Assembly: GCA_964247055.1 (NCBI GenBank)
Contig: OZ176053.1
Location: 8,804,001 to 8,868,000, forward strand
Direction of reading: 5' to 3'
Source of the DNA: Paragordius varius
Taxonomy: Eukaryota; Animalia; Nematomorpha
Length of the DNA: 64,000 nt
The notes beneath the pieces were generated by a model. That model was given only the letters and a program-made list of their open reading frames with translations. It ran no database searches and was not told the origin of the DNA. A program made the translations under genes and the position numbers. This document shows, piece after piece, positions 25,808 through 39,866 of the stretch; position 1 is the stretch's first letter; each line of letters begins with the position of its first letter.

Positions 25808-27301
25808 ATGTCTAATTCAACATTTTACAAACTTGTTATTATGATGACTACCATGATGTGCCTTGTAATTTTTTCCATATTCCTTGCTTTTCAAATATCT
25901 GCCGTACGAATAGAATCAACTTTCGCCACTCAAAATAATTATATACTTCAACAACTTTTTGGACCTATCGTGGAAAAAATGCAGGTTCAAACGACCTATT
26001 CCGATTTGGAAAAAATATTTATACCTCAACAGCCCCAGTATGTGGACCTATCATATACTACAAACCATGTATCCAATGAAATTGATTATAAATTTGAACA
26101 ACATCAAAATCTATTGGCGTCCATTAAGAGACAAAATTTTTTAAACAACCAATTGGGACTGAACTCTGATACGAACGATAATAATATTGAACAAACTTCA
26201 AAAGAAAGTTCATCATACGTTGTGGATTGGACAAAACGTATATGCCCAAGTATATATTCCGATTCCTGGCAAAACAGTGATTACATTTCAGTAATTTTAA
26301 ACGAAAATTTCACCAATCACAGGCGTATATATGATCCCAACTTCTCGGTCATGTATTGTTATGTGGCTAAAGCTTCATCTACAGCCTGGAAAAGTTTTTT
26401 TCCTATAGCTGCATCCACTGATCCGAGCTTAGATGGCGGGGTTGGCAAGGAGATATGGAATGCAGTCAAAGAGAACAAGAATATTGGACCTATAGTTGAG
26501 TCATACAACTTTGTCCGTGGACCAGTTATGGAATTTAAACCTAAAAATGTTTCTGATTCTCTTGAAACCACGTATGCTAACACTGAAGAACTGGTAATGA
26601 TAGAACCCAAATATTCATTTACATTTACTCGTCATCCATTTCAGCGCCTCCTTTCCGCCTATCGGAGTAAATTTGTGTGGAAAAATCCATATTTTGACGA
26701 GATGTATGGTACTTTGATTCGTAAAATTACAGTCACCGCGTCTAACTCTGAGGGTGATACTGCTGCGAACGATCACATAACCTTCAAACAATTCATCGAT
26801 TTCATTATTGCCATTGATAATTGGAACTCAATTTCAAACGTTCTGCCTAGAGGGCACAACCAACATCAATCAAGTGCACCCAAATACACCGAAGAGCAAG
26901 AAAAAGAATTTTCGCGCATTTTGAGGCATCGGAATTGGCTTATGAATGAACATTGGAGACCTATAAGTGAAATTTGTAATCCGTGTACACAAACGACCCC
27001 CTTTAACTACATTGGAAGGCAAGAAAATTTAGTTGCAGACACTGAAAAAATATTAGCTGATTCTGGATGGAGTGCTTTAAATTATAATCCGTTTCAAAGT
27101 TTAAATCATAAACGTAATGTGAAAGAAAGTGAAGTGATGAAAGAAAATGATAAAAAAGCTTGGGACACACTTACACCCGATACTGTTGACAAACTTATTC
27201 ATGTTTTCAGATATGATTTTGCCCTTTTTTATCCTGATGATCCAATTTTTTTAGATTATTTTAAACGTAATCCAAATATTTTTGTTCGCAAAAACGATTA
27301 A
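25808..27301 (+). CDS. Carbohydrate sulfotransferase (Sulfotransfer_2; HNK-1ST/CHST8-14 family), intronless type II membrane protein, 497 aa
   Basis: N-terminal hydrophobic anchor; 5'-PSB-like YCYVAKASSTAWK; 3'-PB FTFTRHPFQRLLSAYRSKF; NEHWRPISEICNPC; YIGRQENLVAD; FRYDFALF. The orthologue cannot be assigned. Confidence 0.9.
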   Translation: MSNSTFYKLVIMMTTMMCLVIFSIFLAFQISAVRIESTFATQNNYILQQLFGPIVEKMQVQTTYSDLEKIFIPQQPQYVDLSYTTNHVSNEIDYKFEQHQNLLASIKRQNFLNNQLGLNSDTNDNNIEQTSKESSSYVVDWTKRICPSIYSDSWQNSDYISVILNENFTNHRRIYDPNFSVMYCYVAKASSTAWKSFFPIAASTDPSLDGGVGKEIWNAVKENKNIGPIVESYNFVRGPVMEFKPKNVSDSLETTYANTEELVMIEPKYSFTFTRHPFQRLLSAYRSKFVWKNPYFDEMYGTLIRKITVTASNSEGDTAANDHITFKQFIDFIIAIDNWNSISNVLPRGHNQHQSSAPKYTEEQEKEFSRILRHRNWLMNEHWRPISEICNPCTQTTPFNYIGRQENLVADTEKILADSGWSALNYNPFQSLNHKRNVKESEVMKENDKKAWDTLTPDTVDKLIHVFRYDFALFYPDDPIFLDYFKRNPNIFVRKND

Positions 27302-30300
27302 TTAGAAAAAAACTTCTCATTGACTCCAAATCATGCATTTAAATCTTATGCCACAAATATTGTAAATTATAATAATAAATGATTTTTATACAAAGAATTA
27401 TAGTGTGTATCCGTATAATAACATCATTAAACAATTTAGGTTATAATCAGAAGTTAAAATTTTAATATGATTTCGATTTAAGGTTTAGCCATCACAATAT
27501 CGTTTATTTTTTAAATTGATAAAAACGGCAAACATTAAATTAGCCAAAATTGATGTAAATTGATTAAAAAAGTGCAGTTTCTTGAAGCCTAATAAATCAG
27601 AAGAGATCCTAAGCATCAGATTTGATATAGAAAATTTCTCTCTTTAAAAGTTTTCAACAATTTTGCAATTTTAAAAAATTTTGGGCTATTTTTGAGCATA
27701 TATTTAACCAGTTGTGATTTATTAATATTTGCTTCAGCTAAAACCTCTGCATTATAAAACAGATCGTTCATAATATATACATGTAATTTTATAAATAATT
27801 TTTACACTGTATCAATCATATTAAGCCTTTTTTTAATATGTCAAGTTCATACGCGTTATAGGGCAATTTTATTAAAAAATAAACATACAATATCACATCT
27901 ATTGATATAATTGAAGGTCACTTTAATATATTTGCTTTGATAAAAAAATTTAAAACAGTATATCAACTCTCAAATATAAATTGAGATATCTGATTACCCT
28001 ATGACAATTTTAAATTGATATATTTCAAAAGCTAAGAAAACGGCTGGACCTTTGAATTTATGCTTTTATCTTACATGAAATAATTTAACAGCTATGATAT
28101 TCAGATAAATTTTAGTTTTGAGAAAAAATATCCATCAAATTTCGGTGTTATTTCATTTTAAAAGTTTTTGGAATATTTTCTTGTTTTGTTATAATCTATG
28201 ATTACAATTTAAATTAATCTTTATTAATTTTTTTACATTTTAATTTTTTTGTCCGCGATGACATTTTGCGGTAGTTTTCGACTGTAGAGGTTAGAGTAAT
28301 TTCTACTGTTTAGAAAGTTGTTGTGGTATCAAACTTTCTTTTTTGAATCAAATAAAAATAACATAAAATTTTTGCAGTTTAAATTCTAGGGTTGCAAATT
28401 AAGATATCTCTAAAAAACAGTCGAAACGAGCACTTAATATTAAATCAATATCAAAATTTGTTGTTAAATTACAATTTACAGCTTCTCAAAGATATTTTTA
28501 TTTATAATTATTGGCTATATTTACAATTTTTTGCGAATTTTATTCACGATTTAATAAATTAATTAAAAAACTGGCGGCGAAAAAGTTTGAAATTAGTATT
28601 TTTTAACAATCTTGCATTTTTAAAAAAATGTGTCATGCGTAAAGGCTATAAAATATACATTTAAAATTTGGCCCACTGATAAAAATATTTTTTGATATTT
28701 AAATTTTAAATGGCCCTGGCCTAATACTATAAGTGTATTCTTTCACGAATAAAAAATTAGTTAGCAAAATATGTGCGATTTCGATTTAATATGGAGCATT
28801 TGCAATAAAGTGGTATTAATTTTCTTTATATTACTCATAAGGCCCAAAATCAAAAACACCATGGTACTAACATTTTTAATCCGAATATATATATTTCATC
28901 AAGATATTTTCTACACCACCGATTTTGCGCACTCTAATATGCCTACAAAATTTTAGTAAAATTGATAATTTTATATTAAAATATCTGAATATGTTTTACC
29001 AAGTTTTGCAAATTGGTGAAATCATATATATTGTGTTCTAGTTTTTCTACGTCATATTCTATTAGAAATGAATTTTTTAAAATGCTTATAATCATTCAAA
29101 ATCGGCCCACAAGTTTTTGAGTCGAAAATGGTACCCGTGTGGCCATTGACACCTATGCACATATTTATTTTTAATTTTAATTTGGGACTTTTTTGACATA
29201 TCTGGACCCTGCTAAATAGTTTATTTAATAAAATGAACAGAAATAATTTGCTAAGTACTTCTAAAATAAATATTTAAGAACATTTCTTCCTTTTTATTAT
29301 ATGCGATTATATTTTGGGGTATTTTAGTAGCATACATCTCAAATGATTACATTTTAAGTTGTTTTTGAAATGTTATATCAATCATTGTTCTCCTGTATTA
29401 AAGGGATTATTTTTACATTTAAATCACCAAAATTAAAATAGCTCACATGAATAATACTCAATGACCTTTTGGGGGTAGTTTATATCCCAGATCGATTAAA
29501 AATTTCATCTTAAAAGCCGAACTTTGCCTTTTAGGCGCCATATACAATTTTTTTAAAATTGTAAAATTGTAGAAAAATCCTCTTTTTCGTCGCCATTTTC
29601 TTTTTTTTAAATTTATGCAATAGACAAATAAATGTTTATGTTTAGAAAAATTAAATAATTAACATTAAAAAGCTTCATACATTTGACCAGCAAAAATTTG
29701 ATATAATTTGATTTTAATATCAGCTGTTAATAGTTGTGTTTTAGAGCTCTATTAATTTGGGCTTTAGAAGTTGAAATAAGATACAAATTCTAAGTTTATT
29801 ATTTAAAGAAAAAAATAAGCTGATGAAATATATACATTCTGATAGGAAAATGTATCAGGAATATCATAGTGCTTCAGAATTTGGCTATAACGAGTTGTAT
29901 AATAATTATTTTACTTTACACTGTTAGGGTATCTTCGTAAAAAATGGCAAAGTTGCGCACATTTTTTTAAACAATTTTTGGTGAAAGCTTAATATTTATT
30001 TATTATAAACTACCTATAAAACGCAAAATTTTTAGATAGGGGCTCCCAAAGTCCCATTTTTTCGCTCTGCTAAAATAGGGATTTTTTAAAATAAACGCAA
30101 AAATGCTGGAAAGCGCTATAAAATTATTATATATATGCTAAATTTTGGCATCCAACAAAAATATTTTTTAAATATCTCGCGTCCAAAAAATTAAAATGTA
30201 ATGAAGTGTTAAAAGCATTTTTTATAATTATACTTTCACATTTTTGTCCTTCGCCAATTTGGGAATTTAGTGTCCCCGGGTCTGTTTTCAATAATTGAAA

Positions 30301-30950
30301 AAGATGGAACAAATTGAAACTATTGCAAAGGATATTTATATAACATTGATGTACCCCCCCCCCCCCCAAAAAAAATGTATCGAAAAACCTTGATTTTACT
30401 ATATTACATTTTATCGACAAACAAAAAGATACAAATTTAGCCAATAATATATGCAATAAATCAAAATGCAAAATAACCACTTTTTCTGTTAAATGTTAGA
30501 TATAAAACCAGGTTTGCAAAAAATTTGTAAAAACATGGCGTCGAAGTAGTTTGATATGGAGCTATTTTCAAAACTAATTTTTATTTGGATGTTTTGGATT
30601 ATACAAAATAACTTTTATTAGGTCAAAAGCATAAATTAAAATTGGAACCATGTCTATCAATATTTTAAATATATCAATTTTATGATGGTCTGTATTACCC
30701 AATTTAAATCGAAGTGCATTTTCCTGTTTATCCGAAATAAAATTTAAAAATAGTGGCTGAAAATTTCTTTAGATATTTACATTATGAAGTTTATAAAGTT
30801 CATTATGCTTGAGAAGGGTAGACATGCATATTTGTTGACTTAGCTCAATTCTCAGTAACCTTTTCACTAATGTGACCAGATATTTTAAACTTGGACGCTG
30901 TACAAAATTAAAACATACTTTGCCTGTTTTTACACCATCGTGTGGTATAT

Positions 30951-31850
30951 TACACAGTTTCCACAAAATATCCTAATGAAATATAAATATTCTGATAGGA
31001 AAATATCAGGATTATCATGGTGCTCTTGGGTTTTTTTACGAATTTAAGAAAGTTATTTACACTTTTGTGGTAGGTGCTCCTATAATGCATATGGTGCGCT
31101 TTTTTTTAAATATATTTTTTGCTGAAAGCTAAATGCTATATTTCAAAAAATATCACTAAAATATAACAGAAATAAAAAGCTAAAAATATTTTTAAAAAAT
31201 TTTAAATTTTTAGATGAGGGCTCTGAAATCCGAAATTTTCGCTCTTTTAAAATGGATTGTTCTCTTAACACTTGGATACAACACATTCATTTTAGTCCTT
31301 CGATTCAAATTGTGTTAGTTAAATACCCCAGGCCTGTTTAAAATTATCATCATGGAAGGATTCGAAACCATGGCAAAATTTTGCACTTATATAACATTAA
31401 TAAACCGAAATATATAAAAAATTTTATTCAAAAATACTTGATATTGCTTATTTTAAGCTAAAATCGAAAGGTAAAAATTTGGTCACCGTGACATGTGTGC
31501 ACTGGTAAAATTGAAAAATAATACAATATAAACAATGGCGTCGAAGTAGTTTGACATGGAACTTTTTTTTCAAAACAAAATTTTATTTAGATATTTTGGC
31601 ATATTTATATTTTTATTAGGATATAAGCATAAGTTTAAAATGGGACCGTTTCCATCAGTAGTTTTTTAGAATTCCTAATTTAAATTTAGTCTGGGGTATT
31701 TAGATACCCCAATTTGAATCAAAGTGTTAAATTGAGACCGTTTGATTCAATAGTTTTTTAAAAACCTTAAATCAAATTTAGTCGGGGTATTTAGATACCC
31801 CAATTTGAATCGAAGTGTTAAAATAACGCAAAAATTTTGACATTGTGCAA
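30951..31850. mobile_element. Tc1/mariner-like MITE fragment nested in the hAT element
   Basis: TA-CACAGTTTCCAC start and body match the 2481 and 29830 copies; interrupted at 31265 by a TTAA MITE. The right end is uncertain. Confidence 0.45.
31269..31817. mobile_element. TTAA-flanked MITE with a duplicated right terminus
   Basis: TTAA at 31265-31268, first end at 31726 (TTAA 31727-31730), then a ~90-bp terminal repeat ending at 31817 (TTAA 31818-31821). Confidence 0.8.
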
Positions 31851-33019
31851 TAATTTTAAATATATACTAAATTTCATATCAACTAAAATATATTTTTTAC
31901 AAAATACACTTCAAAGATGGATACGATATAAACGGTTGAGATGTTGTAACATATTATATTTATAATTCAATTCTCAATCATATTTTGATCAAAATATTCG
32001 TTCGTTTTCAAAATTTAGGTTAAATAAAAATTGTGTTTTTTTACAAAGATTTTCCAAATGCAAGCAAACAAACCTTTAAATTAAAATTTTAAACCTATAG
32101 TAATGACATCATCGAATTATTATTTAGAAAAAGGGAATTTTATATCTTAAAGCTTTATACCGTTTCCATCATGCTTCAAAATCGTTAGAATTACGCTTCA
32201 ACAAATATCTTAAATTTGTTTAGGCAAAAAAATAAAAATGAAAGTTAAGGAAAAAAATTAAGTAATATCACACCTTTCCCCTAATGAGTATAGAAAACGT
32301 AAAAACTCTTAATTTTAAAAGATATTTCGAAATCATATGCCATATATAATAAATTTTATATAATATGTTACGGGAATAACAATTTTATATAGAATTTTCC
32401 GTTTAATAATTATAAAAAAAAATGAACTTTCTAAACTTAAACATTTATTAAAATATCATAAATTAATTTTGCTAATTTTAAATTTTGAGGCACCTCTTTT
32501 TGAGGAAGCCCTGAGTGAAAGAGCCATTAGCCTGAATCTTATAGTGTGGACTTTGAGATTTACAGTTTCGCCACTGCGCGAAAGGCTGCAATCCTTTGTT
32601 TGTACAATTCAAGCAGAAAATAAAATATTAACCAATTAAAAAACGCCAACCTTTGTTTTTTACCGCAAACCATTTACTACAAATTATGGGGTTATTTTTA
32701 CTGAGACTATATTAAATTCTAAAATCATTTTTTTGAATTAATAAATGGTAATTAATATATATTTATTAGAATTAAATTTTTCTTAATTTCAAAAAGCAGT
32801 ACAAAAAGCGCAGTACTGGCTCAGTTTTTTTATGAAAACCCAGTACTGGATTGCGAAAAACAGCCTATCTGGTCACATTACTTTGCACGTATTAATGTTT
32901 TTCTATGCTCTTAAACATCTTAAAAACGCCATAGTTAGATTTTTAGTCAAAATCTCTTATTTTTTTAGGAACATATATTAAATAAATTTAAAACAAAATA
33001 CACTTTTATAGAGGGTACA

Positions 33020-36000
33020 ATGTTAAACATTTTTACCTTAAAATTGCAATATAAGGTGTGTTTTTATTCATGCACAAATAACGCTGTAATTTTTAAATTA
33101 TTTTTATATATTAGATACGATATGGTTATTTTCCAGGATAACTCATTATCTAAAATACCTCAACCTTCTCAATATAAATCAAATAAAAGTTCTTCAAAAG
33201 ACTTAAATAATAATATGTTACCAAGTAGATCTTTCACAAGACACAATGTTTCAGATGCCCTTAAGCCTTATTTTCCTTCGCAAAATAATTGTTCTAAATT
33301 ATTCACTACTTTACCAAAATATGTAAACCCCTTGCTAAAGAAAAATATGACATTATCTTTGTGTGATGAAGTATCGCACGAAAAATTAAAAAAACCCATT
33401 CTTATCAAATCAACAAGTGTCACATCGAAAATAGAAATGTTGAATGGGACAGATAATAGTATTCCTATTAAATTATCATCCCAAACAGAAAATGCTACGC
33501 TGCTTTACAATTCTCCTATTGTCACGCATATGAGGCAGCCCAATATTGTCAAAGATAAAACTTCAAACCATAATAGTAATGAGAAAGCCACCTTGCATAC
33601 CCCTAATTTCTATTTTTTATCGCTTGATAAACGGCATCACTTATCATCCCAAACTAAACATTCCCCCTTTATTCGTAACGGGACAAATCGTTCCAGTAAC
33701 AACTCCTTTTCCTTTTATATTCCAATCGAAAATAATTATGATCGTGTCATAGACCAGAATATATCACATATATCATCGACTCTACATTCCAAACCCTTAA
33801 ACCCATCTAATAGTTATGTTTTTTGTTCAAAAGCACAATTAGAAAATGAACCAAATCATAATATTTCCGTTGATAATGGGCAAGCTTTGAATCTTAAATC
33901 TCAAAATATTGCATTTTTATTAGATGATTCCAATCACATGATTGATATCAAAAACAATGGTAATAACGATAATAATATGTCAAAGAATTTACAAAATGTG
34001 TCTCACGCGACTCCCCCCAAGTATAAAAACACTTTAGAACAATCAAAAGTAAAAACTAATTCCTCCACACACCTGCGTAATTCCATGCCTGGCCCACGTG
34101 GATGCAATAATTCCCCGAGTTTCATATACACCGATTTTAAATTAAACAAACCCAGGAGTTATCATAATAAAACCAATAGCAACATTATTAGTAATCAGAT
34201 AAGCACTGCCCCAAATATAAGTGCGAATAAAAATAATATTTTTCTTCATGGATTATCCACCATTTCAAGTCCCCAAAATGTCAAACCGTTTAACAATCAG
34301 TGTCAACAAATTGCAAAAACAAAAAGTTTTATCCAAAAACAATCAAACACTCAAATGACAATGTCTCAAAATTATTCTGATCAAAATGGAAATTCTCCCG
34401 CTTTTACCCCTACGATTTCTTTTAATACCACTCCAGCGAATACTGATTCGTTATCGCAAGAGAGGAATTTTACCATTACAAAATCATCCACAATCATATC
34501 TCAAATTAAACCTCCGAGTAATAAACGATCAATTATACCTCAACTTAACACTTTTACATTACCCCAATCAGTATCACATGATATTAATTCATCATCATTA
34601 AAATTAGTAAAATTAAAATCAAACAATAGTATTGATACTGATCAAAAAATCAATCCCGATACCATATCTAACAGTATTGTTATTAAGAATCCTAAGAATG
34701 ATCATTCTGAAAAAGGAAGTTATCACCAGGTGCACGAAAAATTACAAAATGTTTTTCAAAAATCACTTTCCGTCGATACGGCAAATCTACTCGAGAATAC
34801 GGTAGAAACTTTAATTTTCTGCAATTGTTTGTAATAAAATAATTGTTATGGATTTAACCACTTTAATAACTTTAGGATAATTCGTTTAATTTTTAAGAAT
34901 ATAGCGGTATGGCTTGAATACAGTTTCTTTCCAAAAATATACAACCTATAAAACCGTGATTTAGTTATTTTATGTACATTACATATATTTATATAAAAAA
35001 TTTATATGCCAAGTTTTATTAGCTTTTTCTATTGACACACATTAATCAATAATTAATCAATTACATTTAGACTTAATTTTTTGACTAACAAGGTTTTATT
35101 ACCGCCTCATTGAAATTACTAACTGGTTGTTCTTTTATTACTTTTTTTTTCTTATAATAATATTGATAAACACACAGTTTCATAAAAAGTTTTTGGGTTA
35201 ATGATACCAATATATGTCTCTCTGCTAAAAGAAAAAATTAATTTACCATAAAAATTATATGGCATAATTAATAACTTTTTTTTCTGACTTTTTTAAATAA
35301 AGAATGTTGACAAGATGCATTTTTATAAATTTTATTATTTCTCCTTATTACAACATTTAACTTATTTGTTTTCACACATATATAGACATATAGATTATAT
35401 ATATAATGATACACCTTTTATTGATTTTTAGCAATGAAATGCTTTGAAAGACAGAGTTTTATAATTGTATATAAGACACCCCTAGAATGTCTATAAAGTA
35501 TAAAGGAATGTGTTGACAAATAATTTTGATTACATCTAATAAAATTATTGCCTATTTTTTAAAATTTTCTATTTTAGTGAAATAATTAACTATATAAATA
35601 AATGAACAAAGTTAATTGGATTGCATTTTTACATTTTGGCCCAACAATAAACTTTGCATTATAAAGATTTTCGGATTTCATAAATGATGGTTTAAGAAAT
35701 TTCCATAATACTTTTATAATAAAATTAAAAAAAGTAATATTATTGCCAAAGGAAAATGATTTATACCTGTATAATTAATATAAGGTAAGCATAGTGCCTA
35801 AAATACAAATTTACTATAGTTATAGCTCAGAAGCGAATATGGTTTGCTAATATGATCACTTTTTAATCTAAAAAACAGCTGTTATCATTACTTAACATAT
35901 TGGCCTAAATATCAATCAAAATTTTTTTGACCTTTAAGTATAAAACATTGCGTCGCAAATTTTATATTAAATAATATTGAAATGTTAGATGAAAACCATT

Positions 36001-39000
36001 ATTTTAATGTTAATTTTGGAAAAATTCTTGCCAAAATATCTAACAATAAATAAATTAGTTTGACTCTATATAAATTCTATATATATATAGATAAATATAT
36101 ATTTACGATAATCCATGGCACCCTTAATATGTTAATAAAAATCAGTCAATCACATGGAGCACCCGTCATGATCGGTGTAAATGATTATCAAAAATTCAAC
36201 TTTGAAATTGAAATACTATTTTAAAAATATATTGATAATATTTAAGGGTTTCCTCTCAACCTCAATTATTTTATCTCCCACCTCAGTTTTAACAATTATC
36301 TTGAGAAAAAGGTTTTTATTTAAGGTTCTGCTGTGGTTTAATCAAATGATTCTAGTTTCAGTTTATTTTTAAGATTTACAAAGTCATTATTGTGATATAT
36401 AATTTGAAATAGCCGCATTTGTGTAAGGATATTAACTACAATGAATGCTTTTTTGTGAAACTATATATATCTATAATTAAAATAGAAAACAACATAAGAT
36501 TAAAATTTAGGAGTGTTTTTTTTAAAAAAATCATATTTTTGAAACTGTTTGATATTTTTATTACGAGTTTAAAAGTTAATCCAATGCCACTCAAACAATT
36601 TTGGCTCCAATACTGTTTTAAATTTCCAATAGTAAAAAACGGCCTATCTAATAAGGTTTTTGTTATTATGAATCGAAAAGATTTCATTAATGAACAGTTT
36701 AATTGCCTGTGCATTTTTATTTATTTTTTTAGTATTTTATATTATAAGTAACATATAAAATATTTTATATCCATTTCAAAATATTGTGGTACGCTTATAG
36801 AAATAATTTTATTACATACTATTTTATAATATTATTAGTTTAAAGACCTCAATTGTTGTTGTATTGACGCTAACAATGCTAAACACTTACCGTGCAATGG
36901 CTTATTGCAACATAACCAATGTGAAACTGTTTCAAGGTAATATGCGCAATTTTGTGATTTTTGCAAAATATTTTTAAAAAAGACTTATATATACTATACA
37001 TATCAATGGATTGCTTTTATATAGACTTGATTGTTTTTAGAGAGTACCTAAAATTAAAAAATAAGTCAGCATTTAAAATTTAACACAGTTAATGTCGTAA
37101 AAAGTTTCAAAAAATTCAAAAATGCATAATCTTGATGAATGTCTTGTAAAGCGTATATTTTTTAAACCATCGACGCTTTCTGAAATTACCAGTCTTTTTT
37201 ATTTTATAAACATTTTTTTGGTAGTTGATTTAAAAATATAATTTTAGAACATTTGATATTGTTATTTGGCTTAGGACGTAAATCCAATATTTTGACTTTA
37301 AAATTATATAAATAACATCTTGATGAGTATATCTCTTTGAAACACTATTTTATACCTGTTGGTATTTACAGCGAACGGATTCAAGAGGGAAACTGCTCAA
37401 ATGAGAACTCTACATTGTTAAACAAAAACGGATCTTTTGAAAAATTTTCACACAAAAATAATATAAATATTGTCAATGATAAGGTTTCTTTTTGTGACTT
37501 GGAAGTTCCTTTTCTCTACAACGACGGAAATAGCAATAATAATAATAATAAAATTCCTGCACCATTCAAGAATCAAAGCAGCATCAGTAATAATAAATGT
37601 GATACAGTAGAATTGTTGACGTATCAATTACATACACTCTATGAAAAATATATGGTAATTTGTTTGTTTTTCAAATGTATAAAATATTTTACCTTTCTGA
37701 TCTATCGAACTATTATAACCTAACATTAAATATCAATGAATTATCCATATAAAATTCTCATGCATACTTTCGATAATAAATTATCATCCTTTTATTTCTA
37801 AAATATTATATAAGTACTCAATTTGTCAATAAAGATATTGTATATATGTCTATGAGCTAGCTATAGGTTACATGATTTAAATGTTTCAATTGGAGATATA
37901 CAAATTATCTCGCTTGAATATAAAAAAAGAAAATGAGGCTTTATACTGAATTTTTTATTTTTTTATTAACTGAAAAAAGATTATTATTATTATATAATTT
38001 AACTTTTAAAATTTATATAATATCAAATACATGAAAATTGTAAAATTAGTCATGTATTTATGTCAAACAATGCAGATATTTAATCAATTATACCTGAAAA
38101 TGATCTAAAGTAAATAATAAAGTAAATTAGTTAACTTTACAAATTAGGCAACATCAATTGCATTAAATGCCTATATATATAGCTAAAGTGGTTAATCGTT
38201 TTAATTATTTATAATAAATTACATGTTGACAAAATTGATGGTTTAAATATATAAGCATATTTAGATTTATTAGGGTATCACAAGAGTCTGATGTTGTTCA
38301 GCCCAAAAAACGTTATGACAGGTTAGGAGTGAAAAATCGCTCACGCATTATTTACTTATTTTTTTAGAAAAATTTAATTGTCTAATAAATTATATTATTA
38401 TATTTAATGTATAAATGTTTATTTACCGGGATCCTAAAACTTGTTGAGATCTATAACCTCATAATATCAATTTATAAAAAATCAATTATAATTTAATAAA
38501 AATAGTTGAGTTGATGTATACATTTCAATAAGCCAAAAATATAATCTCCGAACCTCGATATTTTTTCTAAAAATGTTAATAATATTTTATTTATCGCAGT
38601 ATTATATTTAATTGTTCTTATAGAATGTCATGGAAGAAAACAGAAAGTTAGTTGAATTATTGAAAGAACAACTGAAAACAAACGTTGTTGCATGTCATCA
38701 TTTTATACCACTTAAAGTTCCGGAAAATTTGGAATATCCACTTGACAAAAATCATCCCGACAATATATACAATGTATAATTTGTTTCAGTTCACACTAAA
38801 TTTTGAAAGAATATGAATCCTTATTAAAATGTAAAAATCATCGGAAAAATTTAGATATAAAATTTGGACGAATTTTAAATTTGTCAACAAATACACTTGA
38901 TAACAATCAGTTATGTCTTTTAATATGGTTGAGTTAACTTCACCGCACATGTTTAATCGATATTATGTGGGATGTTTGGAAATTATCAAATATAATTTAA

Positions 39001-39866
39001 AAAATGAATATTACCTATATATAAACGATTAGGGTATATCTAGAACCATCGAAATATTGATTTGCAAGTTTAATTTTATATATGAATTATTGAATTTTAA
39101 AAAAATAATATATCACTTTATATATAATTTAATTCATTCTTTATCTTCTATTTGTCTATAATTATTTATTCAAATTATTTTAGATCATTCATAAGTTAAA
39201 TATAAAACCGCCTCCCAACATGACCGAACAAATGGAACAAAACATACAGACCGATCTTGATAACCTTGAAGACCAAGAAGTAGAGGATATGGTACTAATT
39301 TACATTATAATTTTGAAAAGTTTTTTTGATTGCCTTAATAATTTTTATCGTAATGCAACCATTTTTTTTAAATCGTTTTTAACAAAAAAGAGGCGTAAAG
39401 AATAACTATTTTTTGTCTTTTTTCGAATTTTTTAATCCATTGTTAACTTAATTTTTATTTTATTTATTTGTCATATAAAAATATTTTTTAAAGATTTTAA
39501 TAGCAAAATGTAAATGGTTGTGTTGCCATTTTTTTGGCTGTATGTTTCCATTTTTAAAATTGGCTATTTAATTTATAAAAATGACACACCGACCAAGAAA
39601 TATATCGAATCAATAAACCATACTGATTTTACATATTTTCAAATAATCTATTTATCCTAGTTTCTAATAATCATTATATAACATGAATACAAGAAATTTT
39701 ATTGTTATATATATGATAGTATGAAGATGATTTCTTAACCAGCGCCCAATATGCACAAGATGGTTATTCCTATGGCCATCACCACAGGCCACAAAATAAC
39801 CAAATTTACCACATTAATTCGTTGGAGGATATACGGATAATGGAAAACCACAGCATAGCAACTTAA
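33020..39866 (+). CDS. Unrecognised ~855-aa Asn/Ser/Thr-rich protein with a Cys cluster and a C-terminal coiled-coil-like segment
   Basis: Exons 33020-34801 (possible extra in-frame intron 33056-33136), 36839-36936, 37372-37654, 38624-38773, 39184-39291, 39720-39866 join in frame with GT-AG sites. The 604-codon ORF is far longer than chance in this AT background. The start is uncertain. Confidence 0.7.

Larger units (their letters stand above)
30868..32880. mobile_element. Non-autonomous hAT element containing nested insertions
   Basis: Perfect 15-bp TIR TAATGTGACCAGATA/TATCTGGTCACATTA, 8-bp TSD cttttcac/ctttgcac (7 of 8), subterminal CAGTAC repeats, internal homology to 61951-63087. Confidence 0.85.

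Noticed and set aside
30354-30367. C14 homopolymer
   Set aside because: A single run inside a repeat copy, with no regular G-quadruplex pattern; probably slippage or a sequencing artefact.
36190-36720. Faint L1/Tx1-like LINE remnant on the minus strand in the orphan gene intron (IIVKTEVGDKIIEV..)
   Set aside because: No RT or endonuclease catalytic motif is visible; too degenerate to call.
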